Positions 34,795-48,739 of a DNA stretch of 64,000 bases are shown in pieces. A program made the position numbers and the translations under genes. The stretch lies in assembly GCA_973895155.1 (NCBI GenBank), contig OZ316891.1, positions 8,743,875 through 8,807,874 of the forward strand, in the 5' to 3' direction. How positions within the stretch are numbered: the stretch's first letter is position 1; each line of letters begins with the position of its first letter. Source of the stretch: Marsupella aquatica (Eukaryota > Plantae > Marchantiophyta). The notes under the pieces were generated by a model, which was not told the origin of the DNA, did no database searches, and saw only the letters and a program-made list of their open reading frames with translations.

Positions 34795-35150
34795 GGAACA
34801 CTAGCCCCGACTACCCGTTCTTTGAAAATGAATAGCCCGAGTACAATAAAATTGTCACAAAATAGATCCCTTATTCACATTTTTTGAAGGTTAATGAAAT
34901 GATAAAAAAACTATCATGCATGTAATTATTCTAATAATCATATATAACATACCATACACTTTTCTATCACATCCCTCTTTCTATGCATATATGTTATGGT
35001 GGCCATAAAGCCCACTTTTAATGTAAATAGAAATCATGACAAAAAGCATACATGCTTATCATTTGAGATACATCATGGTCATGAGTTTTCCCCTACACAT
35101 GATGAGCCATGGAGTTATGGTCTAGAGTGTTCACTCTAGAAGCCCCAACT
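34795..35150 (+). repeat. Dispersed repeat with an inverted copy at about 54735-55095
   Basis: Colinear reverse-complement matches, e.g. GACTACCCGTTCTTTGAA vs TTCAAAGAATGGGTAGTC, and CCATGGAGTTA..TCTAGAG..TTCACTCTAGA vs its complement. Confidence 0.7.
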
Positions 35151-35539
35151 CTAACTTGTAATTGACGCTTTATAAGTAATTAAGATAGAACCGGTATAGA
35201 CTAAGGGTCTTCTGAAAGTAGGCTTCACTGTTGGGAAGGACACCCCAATGAAGGGTAAACTGCTGAGGTTTGGCACACTTGTGCATCTGGTTATGGCCCC
35301 AATGCATTTGTTTCGATAACCCGTTTCTGATGTCAAATCTATTATTTGACAAGTCTGAGATTCTTCTGAAATCATTTGCTCCTTTATGATGAGCACATGG
35401 TCAAATAGTATAAAACAATTGTCAATTTAAATGGAGGCTTCACTTTTGTGAAAGTGATAATCTGGCGCTCATGCCAAACTACAATGGTACGGAAAACAAT
35501 TGTAAAATGAATTAAAAATTAAATATACACACTTTTTAT

Positions 35540-37550
35540 ATACAAAGGGACCAAACAGAGTACAAATGAACAAACAAAAGAGGGCCCATGTGGACAAAAC
35601 CAATCGAAAAAGAAGTGAGCAAAAGGGAACCACTAAACACCAAGAAAGAGGAACTAAAAGTAAGAAATGAACAATAGGGAACCCCTAAAAACCAAGAAAG
35701 AGAGAGAGACTAAAACTAACCCAAGCGGACCGAGGTCCTCATCATTCCTACCGATTGTGGCAAAAAGCTAATGGTCCACATCAAGAGTCAAAACTAGATC
35801 GGCAAGTGGGATTGGAACATCCTCAAGGGGAGCTAGCCGCTGCGGAGGCACACTAGCACCCACTGTAAGAGATCGACGATAGATGGCCCGAGCTTGAGCA
35901 CGCTGTAAGGTGACTGAAATGCGTTGGCGAAAGTGCGTGGTCAAAATAGAAAGCGGGGGTCCGGTGGGACCCATTTGGCCATGAACATCCCGGGCAGCTT
36001 GCCGAAGAAGCCCATCAAACTGAGGATGAAGACGCCCAAATAGCTCCACAGCAAGGGGGAGGAAGCTGTCGGATGAAGCTCGTGCAGCATATTTGGCCTC
36101 CTTCGTTGTTGCCGCACGTGACGCTGCTGCCCCTGCCGTAGTTGCCGCTGTCCCAATGATGTCTTGGCGCAATGGGTTTGCCACCACAACATCTGCCAAA
36201 GTACGTTGACCCTCACGGACCATGGTAAGATCCACCCGTAACCGCTGTGATGGAGGACCAGGTAACTCGAGTACCACCTCCCGCCGCACGCATACCAAAG
36301 AGCCAGAGAGAACCTGAGCAGTCGCATCTCGCACAACGTCGTGAACAATAATGGTTTCACCTCCCAAACTGCACCGAAGAAGATGGACGCCTGTGGCATC
36401 ACAAGGCTTCCCACAAGTGCAAGAAGGAGGTAAACCTGCAAGAAGTGGGTGGGGCAGCCCCAGACGAAGACGCATGGCTGTGGAGAACTCCGTTGAAGAC
36501 ATCCGCAAATGAGGAATGACTGGATTGGCCTGAAGCCATCCACCTGCGCCCTTCCCTCCGGAAGAAAGAATCCGAGCTCGGTCCGTGTCAGGTGCCTCGG
36601 AGAGGATGCTGGAAAGGGTGAAAGTGTGCATACGCCCAGCGAGGTCTGCCTGAAGACGAACGGGATCCAAGGATAAAAACTCCTGGAAAGAAGGTAACGC
36701 GGCGCGAACGGGATCTGGTAATGAGGACCGCGCTGCGCGCAAATGAACCTGAAACGGGAGGGAACCCTCCTCTACCTCCATGAGAGATGAAAGTAAAAAA
36801 GGGCGATCCTCAATAAGAAAACGATCGGCCAACAACGAGAAGGCGGCCGCCCATGCACCCAAAAAGGCCAAAGGTGCAAGGCTCTCAATGGAAGTAAGCC
36901 CAAAACCACCCTGCAAAATAGGAAGACTGAGTTGTCGATGAAGCCAAGGAGATGAGAGCAACGTACCCGGACCTAAAAGAGAGGCCAGGGTCTGACGAAT
37001 GGAGACATCAAATGCTCGAAGGTGGAGACAAAGATCCTCGGTAGGGGGATGCATCCTAGCCAGATAAGACGCACGAGGGTGGATGCACCTCAACAACATC
37101 CCTCAACAACATCCCAAATGCTGCCTGAGAATCTGCTAACTTAGGGAGCATAGGAGTATGGGCTAAGGCAGCCTGTATAGAGTCAGCGATGAAAGATGAG
37201 CAAAAGGAGGCGGTACCGACTGGGGAGCCAAGGACCCGAAGACCATCGGCTGGACGTAAGAACCCTAGGGGAAGCACAAGATCAGAGGGTAACCCAGCTG
37301 GACTCCATGCACGACTCTTCACAGGCTGAACGCGTAAACCGAGGCCCATCAAATGGGTGGAAAGAGTGGCGAGGGCAGAAGTAACCGCGGCAGGAGGACC
37401 AATGATGTGGGTGTCATCTGAAAGGGAGGGGAAGATACACTGGGGGTGGGCCATGGCAGCTTCCCGTAAAACTGTAAAATGGGCAATGGCAAAAAGAGGC
37501 CCACCCAAAGGGTCACCCTGACGTGTACCTTCTGCAGAGGAAAGAGGTTT
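35540..37550 (-). mobile_element. 5'-truncated non-LTR retrotransposon with RT and restriction-like endonuclease (CRE-like)
   Basis: RT: GTRQGDPLGGPLF, SLSDDTHIIG, LRVLGSPVG. Then LSLPILQGGFGL, CTC...HLLRC, HDVVRD, RVDL...ADV, LAVELFG. A 13-bp duplication at 37088-37113 shifts the frame. Boundaries are approximate. Confidence 0.85.
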
Positions 37551-37628
37551 GAAACCCATATATCAAATACAGATACCAAATACATTAAAAACTTATAAGA
37601 GAGGTTATAAAAGTTGACATGGATGTAA

Positions 37629-37772
37629 ATACAAAGAATACATTCAAAAGATAACTCATAATGTCCATAGAAGCATGGTTGTGTGGTAGTTCACTTGACT
37701 ATACAAAGAATACATTCAAAAGATAACTCATAATGTCCATAGAAGCATGGTTGTGTGGTAGTTCACTTGACT
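37629..37772. repeat. 72-bp tandem duplication
   Basis: ATACAAAGAATACATTC...TTCACTTGACT at 37629 and 37701. Confidence 0.9.
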
Positions 37773-40700
37773 TACTGAAAGGTCTTGGGTTTAACTTTTG
37801 TGACTCTCTGTTCATTTTATGTGGGGTTTCACATACCTCTCCATGGCAGGGGGCTATGGAATAGAGGAGGGAGAGCTTTGGGACAGAGATAGGAGAGCTA
37901 TGCGATGGAGGCTCGAGGGCTACTGCCCTTTTGGCAAGAGGGCTAATTATAGGATGGAAGCTAGTATGAAAGTCAACTTAGTGTCATGTATATTAACTTT
38001 TGACACATTGGTCTGGGAGTGTCGGTTCTCTTTGTCTGGGAAGTGTTTACTTTTGGGACGGCTCTGCGTGGGTTGGAGGGTGGATGACTATGGACTGGAG
38101 GGTGGAGAGCTATGGAGAGCAGATGGCTATGGCCTATGGGATGGAGGGCTAAAGGGCTAAAGGGCTACATGGCTACTGCCCTTTTGGCAGGAAGGTTATG
38201 GGATCCAAACTAGCATAACAGTCAGCTTATAAATGAACTTTTAACACTGGATTTTATAGGAACATTAATGAGCAACTTGAAGAAAAAATGCCGGTTTATG
38301 ATGAGTGTATAGAGGAAAAAAGAATGGTAAGTCATAAGCACATTTGTGCGTTTCAAGAATGTCAGCTAGAAACAAAAGAATGAACATGTAGGGCATAATG
38401 AATAAATTCAAACTTGACACTCCAGATTTCCAAGGAAACTACATTTAACACTTGGGGTGCCATTTCAGACTTCCTGAATGCACTATGGCATATTTTTCCA
38501 GCCCACCCATTTTGGAAAGTCACTTCATTGTGCTCTCACCAGTTGTTTTCAATTAATTGTTTTTTGCGCGACCCCAATTACTGTACAGTACCAAGGAGCC
38601 ATCAGAAAAATAAGGGATTATCTTTCTGGAGCTTCGGCGAACAATAATAATACAGCCTAGTGCCGTAGTGCGGGTCCGAGGTTCGATTCCCGTTCGCGTG
38701 ATGCAGGGATTACGAACTCTTATCCAAACAAGTGAGGAGGTTAGCAAACGCCGCCGCTGTCGTCAGGACCGCTTTAACCAGGACCGCAGATTGACAAACA
38801 GGATGATCGGGTGGTCAAGGCCTGCCTTCAGAGTCACACATTTGTGGCGCAGGAACTCAAGAGGTCGCATCAAAAGTATCAGCGCTGTCGTGCGCTTTCG
38901 CATGTTGGAATGGTGACATCAGGAAAGCAACGTTGGTACGATGACATCAGAAAAAAATAGTGTGACATAGGGAAAGCCGTCGGGCATTTTCATGCCAATT
39001 TTTTTGGTCCTTTTGTGTATGTACTCACTAAGGACGAGTCTTGGCTGATGTTGTCCCCAGCTAGCAGCTTATTTGTGTGGGCTACGGTAGCTACTTTGAA
39101 GCTGTGGGACTTTTGTCCTTCACTTTTTTCTCGGGAATTTGTCCCTTACCATGCTACCGGGCAGACACGCAAGGTTTGAGACGCCATATTTAATACTTTT
39201 CCCTTGAACCTAAATAGAGATGAAAATATTTTTTTGTTGCAAACCTAGATTCTTTATTCCTTCGGTTTACTTCTACATGCTTATTTGTGTGGGCTCCGGT
39301 AGCTAGTAGTGTTGACCCTTCCTTGAACCTAGATAGAGGTCAAACAATTAAAAAATGCTACAGTAGATTTTTTATTCCTTTAGTTCAGTTTTGCCCCAAC
39401 ATATGTTTTCTGTATGCAGTTTCCAACCTTGAAGAGTAGCTTTTGATGACAGCTTTTGATGGCGCTTTATTAGTAAACTTTGGCTTTTTTGCCTTCTGGA
39501 TTCTGTATCTCGATTTGACACTTTGGTTCTTTGGCACTGGGATATATAGCCACAGTAACTTGTTTATTTCATTGCAATTAAACATGAAAATGTAGTTTCA
39601 GGCCAATTAGAGTCTCCAAGAATAAAATACATTCTTGGATTCTCCCCGTTGTTGGGTCTCTTCCCGTTGATACTACTTTCTCAGGTCTGACACTTTTTGT
39701 TCTTTGGCAGTGTTAAAATAATATAGAAGATTTCAGTGTGTTAAGTATATCACCAGGTGCATGGGGCATGGTTCCCATGTGTCATCTAAAGAGAGGTACA
39801 ATATGTATCATGTAAGTATTCTCCCCTTTGTTTCCATGATCAAGCATTCCAAGTTTATTTGCAAAACAGGGCAGAACAACATACACTGAAGGAAAATCAA
39901 ATAAGGTGCAAAGGGGACAAATACTAAACGTGAAAAGAGGTGTGCAAAGGCAAAAATCAATAACCTAGATAACTTGTGACCCTGACGTCCATAACTGACT
40001 TGCAGACTGAGGGTCTTTCTGTCAAATTTGGGACACCCTAGTAGAGGGTCTCAAATAAGGATCTGTTTAGTTTTCTGTGGGATAGGGCCACTTACCCGTA
40101 ATGTGGCCTGCTGGTGAGATTCAAAGATGCACATACCTTTTGAGGTTTCACTTTTTTGGGTCCAGACTGTGGTGGGGGAAGTGACAAGCGGGAAACAGTG
40201 AGATTCCACTACATATAAGTGCGCTGGGTAGATTCAGTGAAAGCCGTAAGCTTGGCCATATCCCTCCACACCTAAACCCAGCCGTGAGACTGCTTGCGGG
40301 TTATATTTGAGACCCCATAAGGCCATATAAAAAACCTGCAAGTCCGCACCAAAAAACCTGGCCAAAAAGTAACAATTTGGGTCTGCAGTCTGCGGACAAA
40401 CATTTTTGTGTGAGCCACTTTTTGTCCTAAAACACCCTTAGACCGCAGCCAGAGGCCAAACTAAGAGAATTGAGACACCTTAATAATAGCACAAGGAGGC
40501 CAAACGAAGAGAATTGAGCCACCCTAATAATAGCACAAGTAAGAGCGCGGAGTAAGTCATTCCCCGGGGAGAATGCCAGGTAACTCTCTCGCGGAAACTA
40601 TCGGCCGTGGATCTCGTCCATCGACGGCGAGATCGTGGTTGTGGGCGGAGTGGGTGCCAACGGTCAGTAACGGAGGGGAAGCTTCTGGCCGTGCTGGCAC

Positions 40701-42058
40701 TCTGGTGCAAACCGACCATGTCCGGCCCGGACGGGCCCTGGTCCGTGACGAAGAAGTTGCCGTTGTCGACGAATTCGGTGAAGTGTGAAACGAAAGCTTT
40801 GGACCTTCTCTTCGTTTCGGCACTGTGGTGTCTCATGATCACGAATTCAGACAAGCTTCTCAACTATCAATCATGAATTGTTGATCGCCCCTTGGCCTTG
40901 CCAAATGCCAATCCAATTGACGTCGGCAAGAAGGAAAGGACGAGCCGGCCCGACTACGCAAAGCTGGGCTGGCTGGCTGCCGAAGCTAACGAGCCGGTGC
41001 CGTGCGTAGCAACACCGTGGCACACTGGCACCGTCATGAAGAAGTGTAGGATCCAAAGATTTTGTTACCGTCAGCGAAATAATCGTTGGGGTGCCGTAGC
41101 ACGATGCTGAAAAGTAGGTTCCTCCGTTCCTCGCCTCGACGTGAGAATCCGAATCCCAGCTTACAAGTGTTCCTGCATGGGCATGCAGCTGTCGTTTATC
41201 GTTACTTATTAGTGTTGTCTCGGGCCTGACCGGTTTTTTAGCTGAGAGCGAGGCTGGCATGTGGACCCGGGCAGCTACGTCGATTTGGGTTGTCAATTCT
41301 TGAAGTATCCCAGAACCTGTCCGAGAAGAGTGCTTGCTGGAGCGTGCCTTTCGCGGAGGGCTCCCTGGGCCCCGGGGAGAGTCCACAGTCTGTGAGCGGA
41401 GTCAAATACGAGGCGGGCTTTGTCTCAAGTGCCGATCGGTGTAGAGGGGGGTCTGGTCTCCGTTTACTTATACGGTTGACGTTGCAGTGTGGTTCATTCA
41501 TTGCACCTCTATGTAAGCGCCGATGAGCGTTCCTGTGCGGGTGCTCTCATAGACAAATTGCGAGAACGATTCCACTGTGTCTTCATCGTCGTCTTGGACA
41601 TCATTCTTTTCTGCTTTCTTGGACATCATTCTCTTCTTCGTTCTGATGTCATTACCACAGATCGGCGGTCCTCTTTCATTTTCATATCTCTTTCGCAACG
41701 CACGTTCTAATCAAGATAAGTGCAGCGCCTGAGAGCAGCGAGTGTTCATCTTGTGAGGTGTGATCACTTCTTGGCTGATGTTAGGTGATGTTGTAGCCGA
41801 ATGCTGAGAGCTGCTCTCGTCAATTTTAATCATCATCGCTATATTTTATGGAGTTCCAATTGTGACCGTGATCGGAGGCCTCTTCCAACGACACTCAATC
41901 TAGCTCAGGCGCGAAGTTGGAGGAACGAAGAGGAATCCAGCAGTAGCGATCAAGTGACTGAGAAAGAAAGCAGGGAAGTGACGATTGGAACCGAATTGAG
42001 CAAATTTTTGGTGACATCAAGGACTATATCTGTCTAATTACTAGTTCCATTGATGGAG

Positions 42059-42468
42059 GCCGTGAATGAGCGGACGCCTAAGAGGTCACCCTCCAAGCAA
42101 TTGCCAATGTGGCATTTTTGGCCGTGGCTGGAGATGGCGCTGCACGAGGTGCAAGTTCTGCTCCGGCCAGTGAGATCGAAAGGGCACCGGACATCTATTT
42201 GAGCGCACACGCTGCCCTTAATTTTATTCATGGCACGGAGTTGGGTTTCGAAGGAATGCAGAGGGCGTGAAAGAGAGGACGACTAGGAGGTCAGCCTCCA
42301 AGCAATTGCTGATGTGGCATTTTTGGCCGCGGCTGGAGATGGCACTGCACGAGGTGCAAGACCCTCTCCGGCCCGTGAGATCGAAAGGGCACCGGACGTC
42401 TCTTTGAGTGCACACGCTGCTTTCAAATTTTATTAGTGGCACAGAGTTGGGGCTTGAAGGAATGCAGA
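42059..42468. repeat. About 205-bp tandem duplication
   Basis: Two colinear diverged units starting near 42061 and 42266. Confidence 0.85.
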
Positions 42469-42789
42469 TTTAAGTCTCAAAGTCTCTCGTCCTCAGATTC
42501 TCTCGGTACTGATCCGTCAATCCAGGGAGGGAAGCGTTAATCAAAGATCTCGCCAAGTTTCGCGAAGCGCATACAAACTCTGGGAGCGTTGTATAAGTAC
42601 GACGTCGCCCTTGTTTGTCTTGGTAGGTCGGTGACCGAACACCGAACAAATTCATCGACGCTGGTGTGTCTCCAGCTTGGCTTCGAAGATCTTCCCTTTC
42701 AGCTCTGAACAACAGCTGCATAGAACTGCTTTGATGGGCGTCTAAGCCGACATAGCAGCACGGGAATCGCCTGCCCATCTGTTCTCCAG

Positions 42790-43058
42790 AGAATTCTTTC
42801 GAGGTTTTAGGATTCCGTGGCACTCACGCATCACTAGCGTGCTTACTTCTTCGATGTCGTTCTTCCTTGGCCTATTTGCAGGATTGCCAGAATTGTTTTC
42901 GAGGTTATAGGATCCAGTGGCACTCACGCATCACTTGAGTGCTTACTTCTTCGATGTCATTCTTCCTTGGCCTAGTTTCAGGAATGCTAAAATTCTTTCG
43001 AGCTTTTAGGATCCAGTGGCACTCACGCATCACTCGAGTGGTTACTTCTTCGATGTCA
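42790..43058. repeat. About 100-bp tandem repeat, roughly 2.7 copies
   Basis: GTGGCACTCACGCATCACT...TTACTTCTTCGATGTC recurs three times. Confidence 0.88.
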
Positions 43059-44659
43059 TCGTTACAACATATCCGGCCATTTTGGCTATTGTACATTGTC
43101 GAAAGCAGGCAAAATTTTGATTCTCATGTTAAAACAACAATCCAAAGTCTCGTTTTACAAGTGTACAATATTTTTGATTTGTAAATGATTGGATATTTTC
43201 TTTAAGATTATACTAAAAGCTTATATGGATTTGAATACGAATGCTATCCAAAATACTTCCAAGAATGAAATAGTCAGATCAATGTTGGGATACGTTATCA
43301 TGGGAAGTGCTGCAATCGAAATGTTTGTGATACAAATTGAATCAATAATATATGATATATTTAAAACAATTGGACTGGTACGATTGCTTCAGTATGATCT
43401 ATTATGGAAACAATTGGATTGTTCAGGTCCTGAATGACTGAGGAATGCTGCCGGTACAGGGGAATGACAGGTATCGTAAGAGACTACACTTGAAATATAA
43501 GCCTGAAGGGAGTGTCGGTGTCCCATCCTCACTCGTCTCCCCATTCATTGGACAGTGAACAAAGTCATGTAAGTTTGACCCGGTGAAGGAAGAAGTATAT
43601 CTGTGCTACAAATAAACCCTCCATTCCAGTTGAGACCCGAGTATTTGAGTGTTGAGAGGGACGTGCATTCCATTTGACACCTGACTGGGGTGGCAAGTCA
43701 AAGGGACACTCCGTTCGAATTAGTCGTTGCACTTCAGAGGGATTCATCTCGGCCCTTAACAAAACTGCGCAGAGTGGTGCTTTCTTCATGTGTTCTAACC
43801 CATCATCACTTTCATAAAAAAATCAGGAATGATGTAGTTTGCTATTGTTCCTGTCTAGAGCTCCTTGACTGTGACTGATCTGTTCGTGATAAAGACTTAA
43901 TGTCCCATAGTAGATGATGACACAAGTGACGTTAAAATCTTTGGAGTAACAAGGACAAAAGCCATGCCTGGATGCCAAAGGAATTTGTGGCTCATGTACT
44001 TTCCAAGTTCTTCACAAACTGCATACATTTTGAGACTATTGACGAGCCTGCACTTATTAGACACAGTTCAGTGTATTATTTTGAGCACTTTGAAACCCTT
44101 CAACGATAGAGTATCTGGGTTGGTAGGCTACCATATTGCATTTTATTGGGGTTGATATTCATTAATAACATTCAAAATTTATGTTAAACTGATCCACAAA
44201 AGACAAATGTAAGTAATCTAAAACTATAATAAGCCCCCCCTCTTTTCTCCTGTCTGTTTATTAAATGACATTGAGGTGAATCAGCTTTGGGTGTTGGATG
44301 AATTGTGTCTTTTCTCTAAATCATTAGATATTTCCAAAGGGCACTTAAACAAGGCCTGGAAAAAACTTGAAAATGCACATGAAACTAAAATCATTGAATC
44401 CAAGCGATCAATGCATACAATTGAACAATGGCTAACAAAGGAGATGGGAAAGGTCATGAGGGAAGGCACAAGTCATTGGATCTTCCATGTACTTGACAAA
44501 TGAGATTAGATTTCAAAATTTAATCGGGACGGCATTCTATAATCCAACTGCAATTCAAGTTCACATTGGTGTTCTGTTTGAGTTTTCATTGTGCAGTTTC
44601 TGTGGTATTGAGATACATAAACCTCTTCAGTTGAGCCAAAGACTTAGCATGACCCTCCT

Positions 44660-45445
44660 ACCTCTTTAGGACTTGATGGACAACAAAGATGGATGTAGTA
44701 CTTGACCAGACCCTTCCTACAGCAGGCCATCTGAAATTCTGGAAATGCAGTAAATCTGTAAAGGTTAATGTCAGGTCCATCTCGGCCACTCAGGGCGCCA
44801 CTACTTGAGTAACCTGCAGAATGATAATTTTTGCAAAAACCCAATATTTTATTGAATGATGAAATGATATTTGTCTGGGCTGAAAACTGTTTGGCGTGAT
44901 CTCTGAAGTTCAAGCACCTAATGACAAAAGTTGAGACATTTTGGCCCCCCCTAACGCACAATCTTATATCCTCATTTTTTCACAAACTCCAATGTCCACT
45001 TGGACACTTTTCTTTAGTCTTTGTTTTGCAGAAGTATAATACTATCACACTTTAGTTAGAAAGTGTTATTTATTTGAAGAAGCCACATAGCTTAGTTTTG
45101 GTTCTCACTTTGCTCTAGATAACTAAAGGAAAAAGGGCCAAAGCTTAGATTACAGTTTGTGAAAAAATGGTTCTTGCTAATAGAAGATTGAGTTTTGGAG
45201 ATGTCACCAAACAATTTTCAACCCAACCAGAGTTCATTTGGCCATTCAATAAAGTGTTTGGTTTGATCAAAAAATTAGGATATTGCAGGATCAGGCCCAT
45301 GTGTAACAAAGGCTGACCTGATATTAACTATGGCAGATCTATTGCTTTTCAGATTTTCAGATTGCCCCCTTCAAAACTGCCTGGTCAATAGGGCCTGGTC
45401 AAGTACTAAATCCATCTTTGATTTCCATCAAGTCCTAAAGATGCA
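44660..45445. mobile_element. Foldback or MULE-like non-autonomous element with about 270-300 bp diverged inverted arms
   Basis: CTTTAGGACTTGATGGA...AGTACTTGACCAG at 44664 is mirrored at 45390-45440. Colinear inverted similarity continues to about 44930 and 45175. TSD not identified. Confidence 0.72.
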
Positions 45446-45957
45446 ACAGGAGCTCAATCAAGTCCTTAGAATAGTGAATTCTGTACATCAACATGAAAGT
45501 TTTTGAGGTTCTGTTTCCAAGTACACCCCTTGCAATCTTTTGGTTTTAACTTTGTTGTTTTTAACTGGTAGCTTCTCCAAAGCAAACCTGGATCGTTGCC
45601 TCTCCTCAACAGGTGCAAGAGCGATTGCTAGAGTGGTGCAAAATGGGGCTGTACCGCCCTATTGCCCCTTTTCCCGACTGGCAGAACTTTTTGTCTCACA
45701 CACATTCTCTTGATCCCAAAACATATTTGCGGGCAGCACACAAAGCAATTTCCTGACCACCACATTGGGGCAATTTGGCCAGCACTAAATTCATTTCCCT
45801 GGCCTGCCAAATTGAATCAATTAATCCCTCAGGATGCCACCCATGGAACATTGGTACTCAATTCAAACATTCCCTCCATGTGGTCCTGTAGCTTGTTGAC
45901 AATAGAAAAATATATTCCTATGGCTGGTGCAAAAACGGGTGGTGCAAGTTCGCTGTG

Positions 45958-45980
45958 ATATATATATATATATATATATA
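45958..45980. repeat. (TA)n microsatellite
   Basis: Direct reading. Confidence 0.9.
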
Positions 45981-46182
45981 ACTGCCAAAAAAAAGATGCT
46001 CAACCAAGAGACATGGTCCCAAAGGCAAACTGCCCAATCAGGGGAGGCAACAAGAAAGCCAAAAAGACCAGGGGACCCTAAATTTTCCTTTCCAGACAGT
46101 GGATTGTTAAACAGGTGCAGTCACTCTAACTCATGGGTAGTCTCTTGATCAAGCTCTGGATTGTTAAACAGGTGCAGTCACT

Positions 46183-46760
46183 CTAGCTCATGGTATTATC
46201 TTGATCAAGCTCTCCATTGCTCTGCCTTTGGCCTTGCTCATTCTCAACCTGCTCTCCACCACATTCTGCATCCGGAGACTCATTTTCTTTGTCATTAAGG
46301 AGACCCTTTCCCTTGCCCTTCTGCTGTGCAGCTTTTTGTTTCATGTCATCCATAATCATTGGAAATCTAGGACAGTCTTTCAACAAATACCACTAGTCAA
46401 GGTAACTGAAATCCTTTGCCTTTGCCTTCGGATGCTTTGTCACATACCCGGTCACATACATCTCCTTTGCCCTGGCCATAGTATCTTCCTCGTTCTCACC
46501 GGAATAACAGGCATCAACTACAGATGCATGCAACTCTGAAAACTTGGCAACGTCGTGTTTCAAGTTGCTCCACTTGCTCTCCAAAGATCGACAGTTCCTC
46601 TTTTGTGTGTCCTTTGGTCAATTGTCATTTTAGTGGATTGTTGTTCGTTCCCCAAAAGCTCCATTCTTTTGCCCAGAACCAATGGTTGGGTCTTGCGAGA
46701 AGTGCATCCAGGAACAAACCAACTGCTTCAACTCTGCAGATGAGAAATTGCTGTCTCTTG
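46183..46760 (-). pseudogene. PIF/Harbinger-type Myb/SANT-like (NAM-associated) protein remnant
   Basis: SKWSNLKHDVAKF...SGENEED...AKEMY...F.Y..*WYLLKDCPRF pattern, with an in-frame stop and an upstream frameshift. Confidence 0.62.
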
Positions 46761-48361
46761 CTTTGGTCGAGTCTGCCATTGTTGCTATCTCTGGTCACGA
46801 GGGGAATGTGCCGCAGGCTCTCGATCGTGCAATTTCTGCACAACACACGTACCTGTAGCAACACAGTTCAGTAGTGTCTGTTGATAGTCCTCCAGTTGCA
46901 CCACGAGGATGGCGCCCCCCTAGTGAAGGTAGAGCCGCCCATTTCTTCCAAGATCCACAACTCTCCTCCGTGCGATTCAAATGGAGTGTTTGACGGGGCA
47001 GGCTAGTGCGGGGCATTCTGCAGTGCGGGAGGTCTATTTTGGCGAGACGGCATGGTGTTTTAAAAATTGCAGTATCCCGGTGGGAATGAAAATATCCACT
47101 CACAGTCTTCCCTGAGGTAAAACCCTCACCGGGCAGCTGTTTGCCGCGTGTGGTGGGGATGCTCTGCACCATGATCCCAACATCATCAGGGTTAAGTTTT
47201 AAGGAATTGTTATGTGGCTAAGAATCTTCTTGGGGCAAGGATTCTATCGAGGTGGAAAATTCGCCACTAAAAAGAACCCAATCTCGAAATGTTCCCCATC
47301 GTTGACACATCTTCAATCCCAATCAGTATATTCTTGGTCCATTTTTTTAATGGGAAGTCTAGTCTGCCACTTGTCCAGATGCCAATCTGCCAATTGGCAT
47401 TGTCCAGGTCGTCGATTGAATTCTGTGCTTCTCAGCTGCTTCGATAAATATATCTCTCTGGAACGGGATGAACATTGAGTTCCTGATCCTCCCTCTTCGA
47501 GTCCGTTGATGTGTGCTTTGCTTTGATTTGTCGAGTGATTGGAGGTCTGAAGCAATATTTTTTCCACCAAGAGTGAGCTACTGCAAATCAGACAAAGTCC
47601 GTCTCAGAGCGTTTGGCGTGACACCGAAGAAGGTAGGAGCTCTTCAAACCTGTGGGGCGAAAGGAATTGATTTGTGAGGTTGCGCTTCTTGCTGACAGCA
47701 TCAGCAACATCCGGATGTTCCTGATCCTGTCTCCTCTTTGCTCATATGTGAGATCGTTCTGATCCGGATGTTACTGAATCCGGACTGCCTCTCATATCGG
47801 GGAATTGTCTGGGGTCATGGAACGCAATCAATGTCCCAAAGTCATCCTATAGTAGCAAGCCTGATGAACATTTGATCTCCCGCACTTTTGGAAAAGCTCT
47901 CATAGAGGGGCCTGCACTGTTGTTATTGCACTTTCGAGATTGATTTGTCATCTGGCTTTACAGAGCTCGTTGATGCATGGGTGGTGGTCTATCATTTTGT
48001 CTGTGCTCTCGCCTGAGTACATGACGAGGTGGAGAGTGCGATACTCCAACTGCTTCTGGGCTTTCGATAATGTCCTGTAATTGCACAATTAACTGCTAGG
48101 ATTGTACTGAATGCACTTTTGCTTTTCCATACAGTCAGTCTGTTGTCTGGACTGAAAATGAGGGTCAAGAAGACATGTGTATGTCGATCAATTGCTCTCC
48201 AGGGCCGATCCAGATCTCTTCTACAGAGCTTTTGCCTTCACGGAAATCTCGCAGTTACATTGTTAGGCCCTGAAATAGTAGAGGCGCTGACTTTGCTTGC
48301 TTTGTCCGCAGATTAGGTAGTTTTCTACAGGACCTTCAGTTCTTAAGAAAATCCGTTCTTC

Positions 48362-48739
48362 ATGGCGCATGAGCACAAGCCTGGGCTTATGGACAAGCTC
48401 AAGGAGAAGTTGCCAGGGCACCACCATAGGCCAGATCTGTCCGGAGAAACAGAAGAGACAGTCCCGCGCATATCAGAGGATATGACTTCCACTGGCACTC
48501 ATACCACAGCTGGAACGCCTCGAGGGGAGAAGAAGAGCATGGTACAAAAGATTAAGGACAAGTTGTCGGGGCACCATGACAAAGAGAACTCTGGCCCCGA
48601 TGCATATGAGAAGCCGGTGACGCACAGCGATGAATATGCAGTGAAAGAGACGAACGTCGATGATACAAATGGCCCTGGCTTGGGCACCCGCAAAGCAGGG
48701 GCGAAGAAGCCTGGTATGGCCCGAAACAATTCGTTTTGA
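48362..48739 (+). CDS. Dehydrin-like (LEA group 2) protein, 125 aa
   Basis: K-segments KPGLMDKLKEKLPG and EKKSMVQKIKDKLSG. Hydrophilic, no Cys or Trp. Likely 5'-UTR intron acceptor near 48311. Confidence 0.85.
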   Translation: MAHEHKPGLMDKLKEKLPGHHHRPDLSGETEETVPRISEDMTSTGTHTTAGTPRGEKKSMVQKIKDKLSGHHDKENSGPDAYEKPVTHSDEYAVKETNVDDTNGPGLGTRKAGAKKPGMARNNSF

